Shown here: piece by piece, positions 23,626-33,602 of the stretch
How the letters are laid out: every line of letters begins with the position of its first letter
Numbering within the stretch: position 1 is the first letter of the stretch
Origin: Candidatus Nanopelagicales bacterium
Lineage (GTDB): Bacteria; Actinomycetota; Actinomycetes; S36-B12
Reading direction: 5' to 3'
DNA length: 64,000 nt
NCBI GenBank assembly: GCA_028687755.1
Contig: JAQTZL010000003.1
Span: 144,712 to 208,711, forward strand
The notes under the pieces: generated by a model
The model's database searches: none
Told to the model about the DNA's origin: nothing
What the model saw: only the letters and a program-made list of their open reading frames with translations
Position numbers and translations under genes: made by a program

Positions 23626-23907
23626 ATGCCACGTAGCCTCAAGAAGGGCCCGTTTGTCGACGGCCATCTACTCAAGAAGGTCGACGCACAAAACGAGTCT
23701 GGATCAAAGAACGTGATCAAGACTTGGTCACGTCGCTCAATGATCGTTCCTGCAATGTTGGGTCACACCCTGGCAGTGCATGACGGACGTAAGCACGTGC
23801 CAGTTTTCGTCAGCGAAAACATGGTCGGCCACAAGCTTGGTGAGTTCGCCCCAACACGTACCTTCAAGGGTCACGTCAAGGACGACCGCAAGTCAAAGCG
23901 TCGCTAA
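23626..23907 (+). CDS. rpsS: 30S ribosomal protein S19
   Basis: [21 protein letters not shown]. Confidence 0.99.
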   Translation: MPRSLKKGPFVDGHLLKKVDAQNESGSKNVIKTWSRRSMIVPAMLGHTLAVHDGRKHVPVFVSENMVGHKLGEFAPTRTFKGHVKDDRKSKRR

Positions 23908-23968
23908 GCGCGAACGCTCACTCAACATCATCAATTACTGAATTACACGACGAAGCAAGGGGATAGCG

Positions 23969-24310
23969 ATGGAAGCCAGGGCCCAGGCGCGGTACGTCCG
24001 CGTCACGCCCATGAAGGCGCGCCGCGTGATTGACCTCATTCGAGGCATGAACGCAAGCGACGCCCAGGCGGTGTTGGCATTTGCACCACAGGCAGCAAGT
24101 GAGCCAATTGGCAAGGTACTTGCCAGTGCAATTGCAAACGCAACGAACAACCACGCGATGGACGCCCGTTCGCTCGTCGTGAGCGCGGCATACGTTGACG
24201 AAGGTCCAACGATGAAGCGAATCCGTCCACGCTCACAGGGTCGGGCTTACCGAATCCGCAAGCGCAGCAGCCACATCACCGTGGTTGTGTCAGACCAAAA
24301 GGAAGGGTGA
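23969..24310 (+). CDS. rplV: 50S ribosomal protein L22
   Basis: [26 protein letters not shown]. Confidence 0.99.
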   Translation: MEARAQARYVRVTPMKARRVIDLIRGMNASDAQAVLAFAPQAASEPIGKVLASAIANATNNHAMDARSLVVSAAYVDEGPTMKRIRPRSQGRAYRIRKRSSHITVVVSDQKEG

Positions 24311-24317
24311 TTAGGCC

Positions 24318-25136
24318 ATGGGTCAAAAAGTAAATCCACATGGTTTCCGCCTCGGAATCACCACGGACTTCAAGTCTCGCTGGTTTGCTGATTCGCAGAA
24401 GCCAGGACAGCGCTACCGCGACTACGTGCAAGAGGACGTCAAGATCCGCAAGGTCTTGTCTGAAGGCATGGAACGCGCTGGCATTGCCAAGGTTGAAATC
24501 GAGCGCACCCGCGATCGTGTCCGCATCGACATTCACACTGCCCGTCCCGGCATTGTGATTGGTCGCCGTGGCGCCGAAGCAGATCGCATCCGTGGCGATC
24601 TTGAAAAGCTCACCGGCAAGCAGGTTCAACTGAACATCCTCGAGGTCAAGAACCCAGAGCTTGATTCGCAGTTGGTTGCTCAAGGCATCGCAGAGCAGTT
24701 GAACTCACGTGTGTCATTCCGTCGCGCAATGCGTAAGGGCATGCAGAGCACCATGAAGAGCGGCGCTAAGGGCATTCGTGTTCAGGTGTCAGGTCGTCTT
24801 GGTGGCGCTGAAATGTCACGTACCGAGTTCTACCGCGAAGGTCGCGTGCCATTGCACACCCTGCGCGCAGACATCGACTACGGCTTCTACGAAGCACGCA
24901 CCACTTTCGGTCGCATTGGTGTCAAGGTCTGGATCTACAAGGGCGATGCCCTTGCTACCCGCTCAGAGCGTGAAGCAGCAGCTGCTGCAGCACGTTTGGG
25001 CAAGGGTCCAGCTGCTGCTGGCCGACCACGTCGTCCTCGCGCTGAAGATGCAGGCACCGTTGAAGCTGTTGCTGTAGAAGCAACCGAAGCTGCACCAGTT
25101 GCAGTTGAGGCTGCAGCAGTCGGAACGGAAGGCTAA
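24318..25136 (+). CDS. rpsC: 30S ribosomal protein S3
   Basis: [27 protein letters not shown]. Confidence 0.99.
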   Translation: MGQKVNPHGFRLGITTDFKSRWFADSQKPGQRYRDYVQEDVKIRKVLSEGMERAGIAKVEIERTRDRVRIDIHTARPGIVIGRRGAEADRIRGDLEKLTGKQVQLNILEVKNPELDSQLVAQGIAEQLNSRVSFRRAMRKGMQSTMKSGAKGIRVQVSGRLGGAEMSRTEFYREGRVPLHTLRADIDYGFYEARTTFGRIGVKVWIYKGDALATRSEREAAAAAARLGKGPAAAGRPRRPRAEDAGTVEAVAVEATEAAPVAVEAAAVGTEG

Positions 25137-25138
25137 TC

Positions 25139-25561
25139 ATGTTGATTCCACGTCGCGTGAAGCACCGTAAGCAGCATCACCCAAGCCGCACTGGTGTGGC
25201 AAAAGGTGGCACCGAGGTGACCTTTGGTACCTACGGTCTCCAAGCTCTTGAGCATGGGTACATCACGAACCGCCAGATTGAATCGGCTCGTATCGCGATC
25301 ACCCGTCATATCCGTCGTGGTGGCAAGGTCTGGATCAACATCTACCCAGACCGTCCATTGACCAAGAAGCCAGCAGAAACTCGCATGGGTTCCGGTAAGG
25401 GTTCACCTGAATGGTGGGTCGCTAACGTGAAGCCAGGCCGGGTCATGTTTGAGCTCGATTACCCAGATGCGAAGATTGCGCATGAAGCACTGACCCGTGC
25501 CATGCACAAGCTTCCAATGAAGTGCCGAATTGTTCGGCGCGACGAAGCAGGTGAGAACTAA
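25139..25561 (+). CDS. rplP: 50S ribosomal protein L16
   Basis: [12 protein letters not shown]. Confidence 0.99.
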   Translation: MLIPRRVKHRKQHHPSRTGVAKGGTEVTFGTYGLQALEHGYITNRQIESARIAITRHIRRGGKVWINIYPDRPLTKKPAETRMGSGKGSPEWWVANVKPGRVMFELDYPDAKIAHEALTRAMHKLPMKCRIVRRDEAGEN

Positions 25562-25791
25562 TGGCAGCAGGTACCCAGGCCGGCGAGTTGCGTAATCTTG
25601 ATGACGCAGAACTCACCGCAAAGCTTCGTGAAGCAAAGGAAGAACTCTTCAACCTTCGCTTCCAAGGTGCAACCGGACAACTTGAGAACCACGGTCGACT
25701 TCGCGCAGTGCGCAAAGACATCGCACGGATCTACACGATCCTGCGTGAGCGTGAACTAGGCATCACCCCAGTTCAGGGTGGAGCAGCATGA
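25561..25791 (+). CDS. rpmC: 50S ribosomal protein L29
   Basis: [17 protein letters not shown]. Confidence 0.98.
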   Translation: MAAGTQAGELRNLDDAELTAKLREAKEELFNLRFQGATGQLENHGRLRAVRKDIARIYTILRERELGITPVQGGAA

Positions 25792-26072
25792 GTGCGAAAG
25801 AGGCAAGTGTGAGTGACGTCAAGCGCGGATACCGCAAGACCCGTGAGGGTCTTGTCGTCAGCGACAAGATGGACAAGACAGTGGTTGTTGCGGTCGAAGA
25901 CCGTTTCAAGCACCCGCTCTACGGCAAGGTCGTGCGACGCACGAGCAAGCTGAAGGCGCATGACGAGGCAAACGCAGCCGGTATCGGTGACCGCGTGCTT
26001 CTGATGGAGACCCGCCCGTTGTCAGCGACAAAGCGCTGGCGCGTTGTGGAAATCCTCGAAAAGGCCAAGTAA
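25788..26072 (+). CDS. rpsQ: 30S ribosomal protein S17
   Basis: [23 protein letters not shown]. Confidence 0.99.
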   Translation: MSAKEASVSDVKRGYRKTREGLVVSDKMDKTVVVAVEDRFKHPLYGKVVRRTSKLKAHDEANAAGIGDRVLLMETRPLSATKRWRVVEILEKAK

Positions 26073-26126
26073 GTCAGTTCCGCCAGGCTCGGTAAATGAG
26101 AACCGGCAGACGATCAGGAGAATGAA

Positions 26127-26495
26127 GTGATTCAGCAAGAGTCGCGACTACGTGTCGCCGACAACACGGGTGCCAAGGAGCTCTTGTGCATTCGTGTACT
26201 CGGTGGCTCAGGGCGCCGTTACGCCGGCATTGGTGACATCATCGTCGCCACTGTTAAAGACGCCATTCCAGGTGGAGGCGTAAAGAAGGGTGACGTCGTT
26301 AAGGCTGTCATCGTTCGCACGAAGAAAGAACGCCGCCGTCCGGATGGTTCATACATCCGTTTCGACGAGAACGCTGCTGTCATCCTCAAGGCTGACGGAG
26401 AGCCTCGCGGCACTCGCATCTTCGGACCTGTTGGTCGCGAACTGCGCGACAAGAAATACATGAAGATCATTTCGTTGGCTCCGGAGGTGCTGTAA
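26127..26495 (+). CDS. rplN: 50S ribosomal protein L14
   Basis: [16 protein letters not shown]. Confidence 0.99.
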   Translation: MIQQESRLRVADNTGAKELLCIRVLGGSGRRYAGIGDIIVATVKDAIPGGGVKKGDVVKAVIVRTKKERRRPDGSYIRFDENAAVILKADGEPRGTRIFGPVGRELRDKKYMKIISLAPEVL

Positions 26496-26497
26496 CC

Positions 26498-26860
26498 ATG
26501 TCACAGCTCAATATCCGTAAGGGCGACCTCGTTCAGGTTATTTCTGGCAAGGATCGCGGCGTCAAGGGAAAGGTCATCGAAGTATTTCCGCAAGCCCAGC
26601 GCGTCATTGTCGAAGGCGTTAACCGTGTCAAGAAGCACACCAAGATTGGTCAGAACGCCGGCGGCGCTCAGACCGGTGGCATCGTCACGGTTGAAGCTCC
26701 CATTCATGCCTCAAACGTCATGATCATCGATCCCGAAGACGGTCGTCCAACTCGCATTGGCTTCCGTAAGGAAACCGTTGAGAAGCGTCGTCCAGATGGC
26801 TCAACGTACGAAGCACAGCGCAGCATCCGTGTTTCGCGCCGCACAGGTAAGGACATCTGA
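26498..26860 (+). CDS. rplX: 50S ribosomal protein L24
   Basis: [23 protein letters not shown]. Confidence 0.98.
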   Translation: MSQLNIRKGDLVQVISGKDRGVKGKVIEVFPQAQRVIVEGVNRVKKHTKIGQNAGGAQTGGIVTVEAPIHASNVMIIDPEDGRPTRIGFRKETVEKRRPDGSTYEAQRSIRVSRRTGKDI

Positions 26861-26862
26861 GC

Positions 26863-27420
26863 ATGACTACTGCAACTTCACCTCGTTTGAAGGCTAAGTA
26901 CCGCGCAGAAATCGTTCCTGCACTGAAGAGCGAATTCGAATTCGCAAACATCATGCAGGTCCCAGGGTTGGTCAAGATTGTGGTCAACATGGGTGTCGGC
27001 GAAGCTGCTCGTGACTCAAAGCTCATCGAAGGCGCAATCCGCGACCTCACCGAGATCACAGGCCAAAAGCCACAGGTCACCAAGGCACGTAAGTCGATCG
27101 CACAGTTTAAGTTGCGCGAAGGCCAGCCAATTGGTGCACATGTGACTCTTCGTGGCGATCGTATGTGGGAATTCTTGGATCGTTTGCTTTCACTTGCGCT
27201 TCCTCGTATCCGTGACTTCCGCGGCCTGTCACCAAAGCACTTTGACGGCAACGGTAACTACACCTTTGGTCTCACCGAGCAGTCAATGTTCCATGAGATC
27301 GACCAAGACAAGATCGATCGCACCCGTGGCATGGACATCACTCTTGTCACCACTGCGAAGACCGATGATGAAGGCCGCGCCTTGCTTCGCCTTCTCGGAT
27401 TCCCGTTCAAGGAGGCCTGA
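26863..27420 (+). CDS. rplE: 50S ribosomal protein L5
   Basis: [20 protein letters not shown]. Confidence 0.99.
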   Translation: MTTATSPRLKAKYRAEIVPALKSEFEFANIMQVPGLVKIVVNMGVGEAARDSKLIEGAIRDLTEITGQKPQVTKARKSIAQFKLREGQPIGAHVTLRGDRMWEFLDRLLSLALPRIRDFRGLSPKHFDGNGNYTFGLTEQSMFHEIDQDKIDRTRGMDITLVTTAKTDDEGRALLRLLGFPFKEA

Positions 27421-27423
27421 GCC

Positions 27424-27609
27424 ATGGCGAAGAAAGCACTCATCAATAAGCAACAAGCAAAGCCGAAGTTCAAGGTTCGCGGCTACACACGTTGCAACAA
27501 GTGCGGCCGTCCGCATTCTGTCTATCGCAAGTTCGGCCTGTGCCGTATTTGTCTCCGTGAAATGGCACACGCTGGCGAACTGCCAGGTGTGACAAAGAGC
27601 AGCTGGTAA
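27424..27609 (+). CDS. rpsN: 30S ribosomal protein S14, Zn-binding type Z
   Basis: 61 aa with RCNKCGRP and GLCRIC. Confidence 0.98.
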   Translation: MAKKALINKQQAKPKFKVRGYTRCNKCGRPHSVYRKFGLCRICLREMAHAGELPGVTKSSW

Positions 27610-27667
27610 ACCACGACGCTGAAGGTCCTAACGGAAACCGCAGCGAGGAAGGCCTTAGGCCAAAAAC

Positions 27668-28066
27668 ATGACAATGACTGACCCGATTGCAGACATGCTT
27701 GCGCGCTTGCGCAACGCTAACTCTGCTTACCACGACTCCGTGTCGATGCCTCACAGCAAGATCAAGCTGCACATTGCAGAAATCTTGAAGCGTGAGGGTT
27801 ACATCGCCGATTTCAGCGAAAACGACGAAACCGTTGGCAAGACGTTGACACTCAATCTCAAGTACGGCCCTAGCCGTGAGCGTTCAATCGCTGGATTGCG
27901 TCGCGTTTCCAAGCCTGGCCTTCGCGTCTACGCAAAGAGCACTGCATTGCCTCGCGTTCTCGGTGGCCTTGGCATTGCAATCCTGTCAACTTCTAACGGT
28001 CTGCTTACCGACCGTCAGGCACAGCAGAAAGGCGTAGGTGGGGAAGTCCTCGCCTACGTCTGGTAG
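27668..28066 (+). CDS. rpsH: 30S ribosomal protein S8
   Basis: [21 protein letters not shown]. Confidence 0.99.
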   Translation: MTMTDPIADMLARLRNANSAYHDSVSMPHSKIKLHIAEILKREGYIADFSENDETVGKTLTLNLKYGPSRERSIAGLRRVSKPGLRVYAKSTALPRVLGGLGIAILSTSNGLLTDRQAQQKGVGGEVLAYVW

Positions 28067-28077
28067 GGGGTTATCTG

Positions 28078-28617
28078 ATGTCACGCATCGGTCGTCTCCC
28101 AATCACCGTTCCTGCTGGTGTCACTGTTGACATCGCTGGCCAAAACGTCACTGTCAAGGGTCCTAAGGGAACCTTGAGCATCGTTGTGGCTGAGCCAATC
28201 GTTGCCTCCATCGAAGATGGTGTGGTCACGGTTGCTCGTCCAAACGATGAGCGTCGTTCACGTGCATTGCACGGTTTGAGCCGCACATTGATCTCCAACA
28301 TGGTGATCGGTGTAACCACAGGATTTGAAAAGTCTCTAGAACTCGTTGGCACCGGTTACCGCGTTGCGGCAAAGGGCACTGACCTTGAGTTCCAGCTCGG
28401 CTTTAGCCATCCAGTATTGGTACCTGCACCTGAAGGCATTTCCTTCGTGGTGGAAAGCCCAGTGAAGTTGAAGATCGCGGGCATCGACAAGCAAAAGGTC
28501 GGCGAAGTTGCCGCCAACATCCGCAAGATTCGTCCACCAGAGCCATACAAGGGCAAGGGTGTGCGTTACGAGGGTGAAGTCATCCGCCGCAAGGCTGGAA
28601 AGGCTGGTAAGAAGTGA
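28078..28617 (+). CDS. rplF: 50S ribosomal protein L6
   Basis: [19 protein letters not shown]. Confidence 0.99.
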   Translation: MSRIGRLPITVPAGVTVDIAGQNVTVKGPKGTLSIVVAEPIVASIEDGVVTVARPNDERRSRALHGLSRTLISNMVIGVTTGFEKSLELVGTGYRVAAKGTDLEFQLGFSHPVLVPAPEGISFVVESPVKLKIAGIDKQKVGEVAANIRKIRPPEPYKGKGVRYEGEVIRRKAGKAGKK

Positions 28618-28997
28618 GCAAGTACGGTGTCAAGCTTGGCAAGGGCAACAAAAATGTCATTGGCCGCAAGCGTCGCCACATCCGCGTACGCAAGAAGGTT
28701 TCAGGTACTGCCGAGCGTCCACGCTTGGTTGTAACCCGATCAGCACGCCACCTCGTGGCTCAGGTTGTCGACGACACCCAGGGTTTGACGTTGGCATCAG
28801 CCTCAACGATGGAAGCCGACCTTCGTGTCGACGCCGTCGACAAGAGCGCAAAGGCACGCAAGGTTGGCCAGCTGGTCGCCGATCGCGCCAAGAAGGCCGG
28901 CATCGACGCAGTTGTGTTTGACCGCGGCGGTAACAAGTACCACGGTCGTGTGGCCGCTCTCGCTGAGGGCGCCCGCGAAGGTGGACTGGACTTCTAA
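28614..28997 (+). CDS. rplR: 50S ribosomal protein L18
   Basis: RPRLVV.RS, VVFDRGG.KYHGRV. Confidence 0.99.
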   Translation: MSKYGVKLGKGNKNVIGRKRRHIRVRKKVSGTAERPRLVVTRSARHLVAQVVDDTQGLTLASASTMEADLRVDAVDKSAKARKVGQLVADRAKKAGIDAVVFDRGGNKYHGRVAALAEGAREGGLDF

Positions 28998-29031
28998 GAC
29001 GTATTCGGACAAGTAGGGAAGAGGAAACACC

Positions 29032-29625
29032 ATGGCAGCAACCCAGCGACGCGAAGGCGGAGCAGGCGAGCGCAAGGATCGCAAGGAGCGCGCTCCTCGC
29101 GAAGAGAAGTCCGCATTCGTTGAGCGTGTGGTCGCGATTAACCGCGTGGCCAAGGTCGTAAAGGGCGGTCGTCGCTTTAGCTTCACCGCACTTGTGGTTG
29201 TCGGCGACGGCAACGGCATGGTTGGCGTGGGCTACGGCAAGGCGAAGGAAGTACCTGCAGCGATTGCAAAGGGCGTTGAAGAAGCCAAGAAGCATTTCTT
29301 CAAGGTTCCTCGCATCCAGGGCACGATTCCTCACCCAATCACAGGTGAAGCAGCCGCAGGCGTAGTCATGCTGCGCCCAGCTGCTCCTGGTACCGGTGTT
29401 ATTGCTGGTGGCCCAGTTCGCGCCGTATTGGAATGCGCAGGAGTGCACGACATCCTGAGCAAGTCAATGGGATCAGACAACGCCATCAACATCGTGCATG
29501 CCACGATTGCTGCATTGAAGGGCTTGGAATCACCAGCTCAGGTTGCAGCTCGTCGCGGTTTGCCTCTTGAAGACGTCGCGCCAGCTCGTTTGCTGCGCGC
29601 TATGGCAGCAGGGACGGAAAGCTAA
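29032..29625 (+). CDS. rpsE: 30S ribosomal protein S5
   Basis: [22 protein letters not shown]. Confidence 0.99.
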   Translation: MAATQRREGGAGERKDRKERAPREEKSAFVERVVAINRVAKVVKGGRRFSFTALVVVGDGNGMVGVGYGKAKEVPAAIAKGVEEAKKHFFKVPRIQGTIPHPITGEAAAGVVMLRPAAPGTGVIAGGPVRAVLECAGVHDILSKSMGSDNAINIVHATIAALKGLESPAQVAARRGLPLEDVAPARLLRAMAAGTES

Positions 29626-29807
29626 TGGCACGGTTAAAGGTGACTCAGAAGAAGTCTGAAATTGGTGGCACTGCTACCCAGCGCAACACGTTGCGTTCAT
29701 TGGGTTTGAAGCGCATCAATGACACTGTGGTCAAAGAAGACCGCCCAGAAATCCGCGGCATGGTGAACACCGTGCAGCATCTCGTCGTTGTTGAAGAGGT
29801 TGAGTAA
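29625..29807 (+). CDS. rpmD: 50S ribosomal protein L30
   Basis: LKVTQ.KS.IG, IRGMV..V.HLV. Confidence 0.98.
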   Translation: MARLKVTQKKSEIGGTATQRNTLRSLGLKRINDTVVKEDRPEIRGMVNTVQHLVVVEEVE

Positions 29808-29809
29808 CC

Positions 29810-30250
29810 ATGGCACTCAAGGTCCATCACTTACGTCCAGCTCCGGGCGCTAAGACCGAGCGCACCCGCAAGGGTCGCGGTGAAGCCTCAAAGGGTAAAA
29901 CCGCTGGTCGTGGCACCAAGGGCACCAAGGCTCGTTACCAGGTTCCTGCTCGCTTCGAAGGCGGCCAGATGCCATTGCATATGCGCCTTCCAAAGCTCAA
30001 GGGTTTCAAGAACCCAAATAAGGTTGAGTTCCAGGTTGTCAACGTTGCAATGTTGGCCAAGCTCTTCCCAACGGGTGGCGACGTCACCGTTGATGATCTG
30101 GTAGCCAAGGGCGCTGTCCGTAAGGGACACCCAGTTAAGGTTCTCGGACAAGGCGATATTGCAGTAGCCATCAAGGTCAGCGCAGATGCGTTTTCCTCCG
30201 TTGCGCGCGACAAGATCGTCGCCGCAGGTGGGACCGTCACCGAAAGCTAA
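29810..30250 (+). CDS. rplO: 50S ribosomal protein L15
   Basis: [14 protein letters not shown]. Confidence 0.99.
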   Translation: MALKVHHLRPAPGAKTERTRKGRGEASKGKTAGRGTKGTKARYQVPARFEGGQMPLHMRLPKLKGFKNPNKVEFQVVNVAMLAKLFPTGGDVTVDDLVAKGAVRKGHPVKVLGQGDIAVAIKVSADAFSSVARDKIVAAGGTVTES

Positions 30251-30262
30251 GCAGGAGGCACA

Positions 30263-31561
30263 GTGCACATCAGTGCGTTCGGGGCTGCCCTGCGTACACC
30301 GGATCTTCGAGCGAAGATTCTGTTCACCCTTGGTCTTCTCGCGATCTATCGCTTGGGCTCGGTTGTACCGACTCCCGGTGTTGATTACTCGGCAGTTCAA
30401 CGCTGTATTGACGTTGTTCAGGGAAACTCGGTTTACGCGCTGATCAACCTCTTCAGTGGCGGCGCATTGCTGCAACTGTCCATTTTTGCGCTCGGCATCA
30501 TGCCGTACATCACCGCAAGCATCATCATTCAGTTGATGACCGTGGTGATTCCGCGTCTTGAAACCTTGAAAAAAGACGGTCAAGCCGGCCAAGCAAAGAT
30601 CACCCAGTACACGCGCTATTTAACGATTGCGCTTGCGGTGTTGCAGTCGACGGCGATTCTGTCGCTCGCTCGCACTCCTGGAGCACTCTTCAGTGGGTGT
30701 AATGAAAACATTGTGCCAAACCAAGGCATCTGGATCATTCTTGTCATGGTGTTGGCGATGACTGCTGGTACGGCCGTGATCATGTGGTTCGGCGAACTTA
30801 TTACCGAGCGTGGCGTTGGCAACGGTATGTCGATCCTGATTTTCACCTCGATCATTGCCACTGTTCCCTCACAGTTCGCATCGGTGTGGGGCAGCAAGGG
30901 AGCGTTCACCTTCGCGATCACGATCGGCATTGGTGTGCTGGTGATGGCACTGGTCGTATTTGTTGAGCAAGCGCAACGACGCATACCGGTGCAGTACGCC
31001 AAGCGCATGGTCGGTCGAAAGATGTATGGCGGCACCTCCACATACATTCCATTGAAGGTGAACATGGCTGGTGTTATTCCAGTGATCTTCGCTTCTTCCT
31101 TGCTCTTTATTCCGACCTTGTTTGTGCAACTCACGGGCAGCACGGCAGGTTGGGCACAATGGATCCAGCAAAACTTCGGAAGCGGTAGCGGATCGATTTA
31201 CCTGCTGACCTACTTCTTGCTGATTGTGTTCTTCTGTTATTTCTATGTGTCAATCACCTTCAACCCCGTTGAAGTTGCCGACGACATGAAGAAATACGGT
31301 GGCTTTATTCCAGGTATTCGGGCAGGCAAACCCACTGCGGATTACTTGGACTACGTCCTGACTCGTTTGACTGCACCTGGCTCGCTTTATCTGGGCATCA
31401 TTGCGGTGCTCCCAGTGTTCGCCTTTGGTTACCTTGGCGTCTCGAGTCAGTTCATCTTCGGCGGTACGAGCTTGCTGATCATGGTGGGCGTTGGTTTGGA
31501 CACGGTGAAGCAGATCGAAGCTCAGCTTCAGCAACGTAATTACGAAGGTTTCCTTCGCTAG
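30263..31561 (+). CDS. secY: Preprotein translocase subunit SecY
   Basis: SIFALGIMPYITASII, GVGNGMS, GGFIPGIR.G; ten TM segments. Confidence 0.99.
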   Translation: MHISAFGAALRTPDLRAKILFTLGLLAIYRLGSVVPTPGVDYSAVQRCIDVVQGNSVYALINLFSGGALLQLSIFALGIMPYITASIIIQLMTVVIPRLETLKKDGQAGQAKITQYTRYLTIALAVLQSTAILSLARTPGALFSGCNENIVPNQGIWIILVMVLAMTAGTAVIMWFGELITERGVGNGMSILIFTSIIATVPSQFASVWGSKGAFTFAITIGIGVLVMALVVFVEQAQRRIPVQYAKRMVGRKMYGGTSTYIPLKVNMAGVIPVIFASSLLFIPTLFVQLTGSTAGWAQWIQQNFGSGSGSIYLLTYFLLIVFFCYFYVSITFNPVEVADDMKKYGGFIPGIRAGKPTADYLDYVLTRLTAPGSLYLGIIAVLPVFAFGYLGVSSQFIFGGTSLLIMVGVGLDTVKQIEAQLQQRNYEGFLR

Positions 31562-31574
31562 GAGTTATTGCACA

Positions 31575-32138
31575 ATGCGTTTAGTACTTATGGGACCGCC
31601 AGGGGCTGGCAAAGGCACTCAAGCTGTTGGGCTCGCTGCCCGATTGGGGATCCCTCACATCTCAACGGGCGACATCTTTCGCGCCAATGTCACCGAAGGC
31701 ACTCCGCTGGGCATTGAAGCCAAGCGCTACATGGATGCCGGCGAATACGTTCCTGATGGCGTCACCAATGCCATGGTGCGCGACCGCCTCAGTCAAGACG
31801 ATTGCCGTCCTGGCTTTTTGCTCGACGGTTACCCACGCACCCTTGAGCAGGTCGGTGAACTCGACGAAATGTTGAAGTCAGATGGCTTGGCTATTGATCG
31901 CGCCGTTGAACTGACTGTTGATGTCGACGAGGTTGTAACTCGTTTAGTGAAACGTGCGCAAGAACAAGGCCGAGCAGATGACACCGAAGATGTCATTCGC
32001 CGTCGCCTTGAGGTGTACGCAGAGCAGACAGCTCCACTGACTGCGGTGTACGAAGCACGTGACATCTTGGTGCGTGTTGACGGTATGGGTGCAGTCGATG
32101 AAGTCACTGCACGGCTTCTTCTTGCACTTGGTGCATAG
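31575..32138 (+). CDS. adk: Adenylate kinase (short-LID type)
   Basis: GPPGAGKGTQA, LDGYPRT. Confidence 0.99.
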   Translation: MRLVLMGPPGAGKGTQAVGLAARLGIPHISTGDIFRANVTEGTPLGIEAKRYMDAGEYVPDGVTNAMVRDRLSQDDCRPGFLLDGYPRTLEQVGELDEMLKSDGLAIDRAVELTVDVDEVVTRLVKRAQEQGRADDTEDVIRRRLEVYAEQTAPLTAVYEARDILVRVDGMGAVDEVTARLLLALGA

Positions 32139-32143
32139 CGCTC

Positions 32144-32929
32144 GTGGTCTTTCACAAGAAAGAAAAAATTCAGCTCAAATCACCTGAGCAAATTTTGCTC
32201 ATGCGTGCAGCCGGCTTGGTTGTTGCCAACGCGTTGCAGGCAGTTGAAGCAGCTGTAGCGCCGGGCGTCACGACAAAAGAACTCGATGCAATTGCCCATG
32301 AAGTTATTCGTTCCTCAAATGCAACGCCTTCGTTCTTGGGTTATCACGGTTACCCCGCTGCTATCTGTTCGTCAATTAACGAAGAAGTGGTGCATGGCAT
32401 TCCTAGTGATCGCCAACTGATTGACGGCGACATCATTTCGATCGACTGCGGTGCAATTGTCAATGGTTGGCATGGGGATGCAGCGATCAGTGTGATGGTA
32501 GGCAATGCAAAGCCTGATGTGATGAAGCTTTCTAAAGTAACTGAACAGTCATTGTGGGCTGGCCTTGGTCAAGCGCGTGCTGGAAATCGGCTTTCTGATA
32601 TCGGCCATGCTGTTGAAACTGTTGTAAGAGCCGCTGGAAACTACGGAATTCTGGAAGATTACGTTGGCCATGGCATCGGTACATCAATGCACATGCAGCC
32701 ACCGATTCCTAACTATGGAACTGCAGGCCGCGGTCCAGTGTTGAAAGTTGGCATGGTGTTAGCAATTGAACCAATGGTCACCATTGGTTCGCCAGAGGTT
32801 GAAGTGCTTCAAGACGGTTGGACGGTTGTCACTGAGGACCGTTCCTGGGCTTCCCATTGGGAACACACGGTTGCAATTACGCAAGAAGGTCCGTGGGTGC
32901 TCACTGCACTCGATGAAGTTCGTCTCTAG
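32144..32929 (+). CDS. map: Methionine aminopeptidase type I
   Basis: VVHGIP, IDCG...GWHGD, GHGIG, AIEPM, EHTV metal ligands. Confidence 0.98.
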   Translation: MVFHKKEKIQLKSPEQILLMRAAGLVVANALQAVEAAVAPGVTTKELDAIAHEVIRSSNATPSFLGYHGYPAAICSSINEEVVHGIPSDRQLIDGDIISIDCGAIVNGWHGDAAISVMVGNAKPDVMKLSKVTEQSLWAGLGQARAGNRLSDIGHAVETVVRAAGNYGILEDYVGHGIGTSMHMQPPIPNYGTAGRGPVLKVGMVLAIEPMVTIGSPEVEVLQDGWTVVTEDRSWASHWEHTVAITQEGPWVLTALDEVRL

Positions 32930-32945
32930 AAAGGTCTGGTCAACC

Positions 32946-33440
32946 ATGAAGAAAGTTCTCGCTGCAGCGTTTGCAGTATTCGCAATTGTTGTAGCGGCAC
33001 CTGCTCAAGCAGCGCCTGCCGCTCAGGAGGTCGTACTCGTTACGACACTGACAAGTGTCGGCACCAGCCTGAACACCATTGGCAATGTGAAGTACGGCTG
33101 GAATGACCTCAAGGGTGTGGCGAACTGGGGTAAAGAGCCAGTTTCGATTCGCCTGCAAGGTGACGTGGCCTACAAGAACGACAGTGGACCATTCAATGGC
33201 TACTACACAATTACCCGTGCTGATGGAGCCCAGTTGGCATTCCATGTTGACGGACAGGCTTTGGCTATCCCTGTGGCTGCTGGAACCAAGACCAAGTTCC
33301 ATGGCGTGATGAGTTTCTTGCAAGGTTCAGGTGCGTACTCGAATGCGCAGTCAACGGGAACGATGGTTGGTGCACGCGAAGCGGCCATTGGTAGCCCAGT
33401 GCAAATGACCTTGCGTTTCACCATCGTTCCTCGCGGCTAG
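32946..33440 (+). CDS. Secreted hypothetical protein, 164 aa, predicted beta-rich
   Basis: ATG at 32946 gives the MKKVLAAAFAVFAIVVAAPAQA signal peptide; the track start of 32766 overlaps map and is too long. Confidence 0.8.
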   Translation: MKKVLAAAFAVFAIVVAAPAQAAPAAQEVVLVTTLTSVGTSLNTIGNVKYGWNDLKGVANWGKEPVSIRLQGDVAYKNDSGPFNGYYTITRADGAQLAFHVDGQALAIPVAAGTKTKFHGVMSFLQGSGAYSNAQSTGTMVGAREAAIGSPVQMTLRFTIVPRG

Positions 33441-33444
33441 TTTG

Positions 33445-33588
33445 TTAGTGATGACCCTTGTTGATCATGCCGATCATCTTGAGGTTCAAGCCAGCAAAGC
33501 GAAACAACTGCACAAACAGGTTCTTGCGCGCTTTGAGATCTTTGGCCGTTGGTAATGGTGCATTGGGAAATGTTTCGAGAGTAGACAT
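33445..33588 (-). CDS. Unannotated 47-aa basic amphipathic protein downstream of SQR
   Basis: Manual translation MSTLETFPNAPLPTAKDLKARKNLFVQLFRFAGLNLKMIGMINKGHH*. RBS AAGGTGA upstream; ATG 14 nt after the SQR stop. Below the ORF-track length cutoff. Confidence 0.8.
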   Translation of the reverse strand: MSTLETFPNAPLPTAKDLKARKNLFVQLFRFAGLNLKMIGMINKGHH

Positions 33589-33602
33589 GAGTGACTCACC
33601 TT

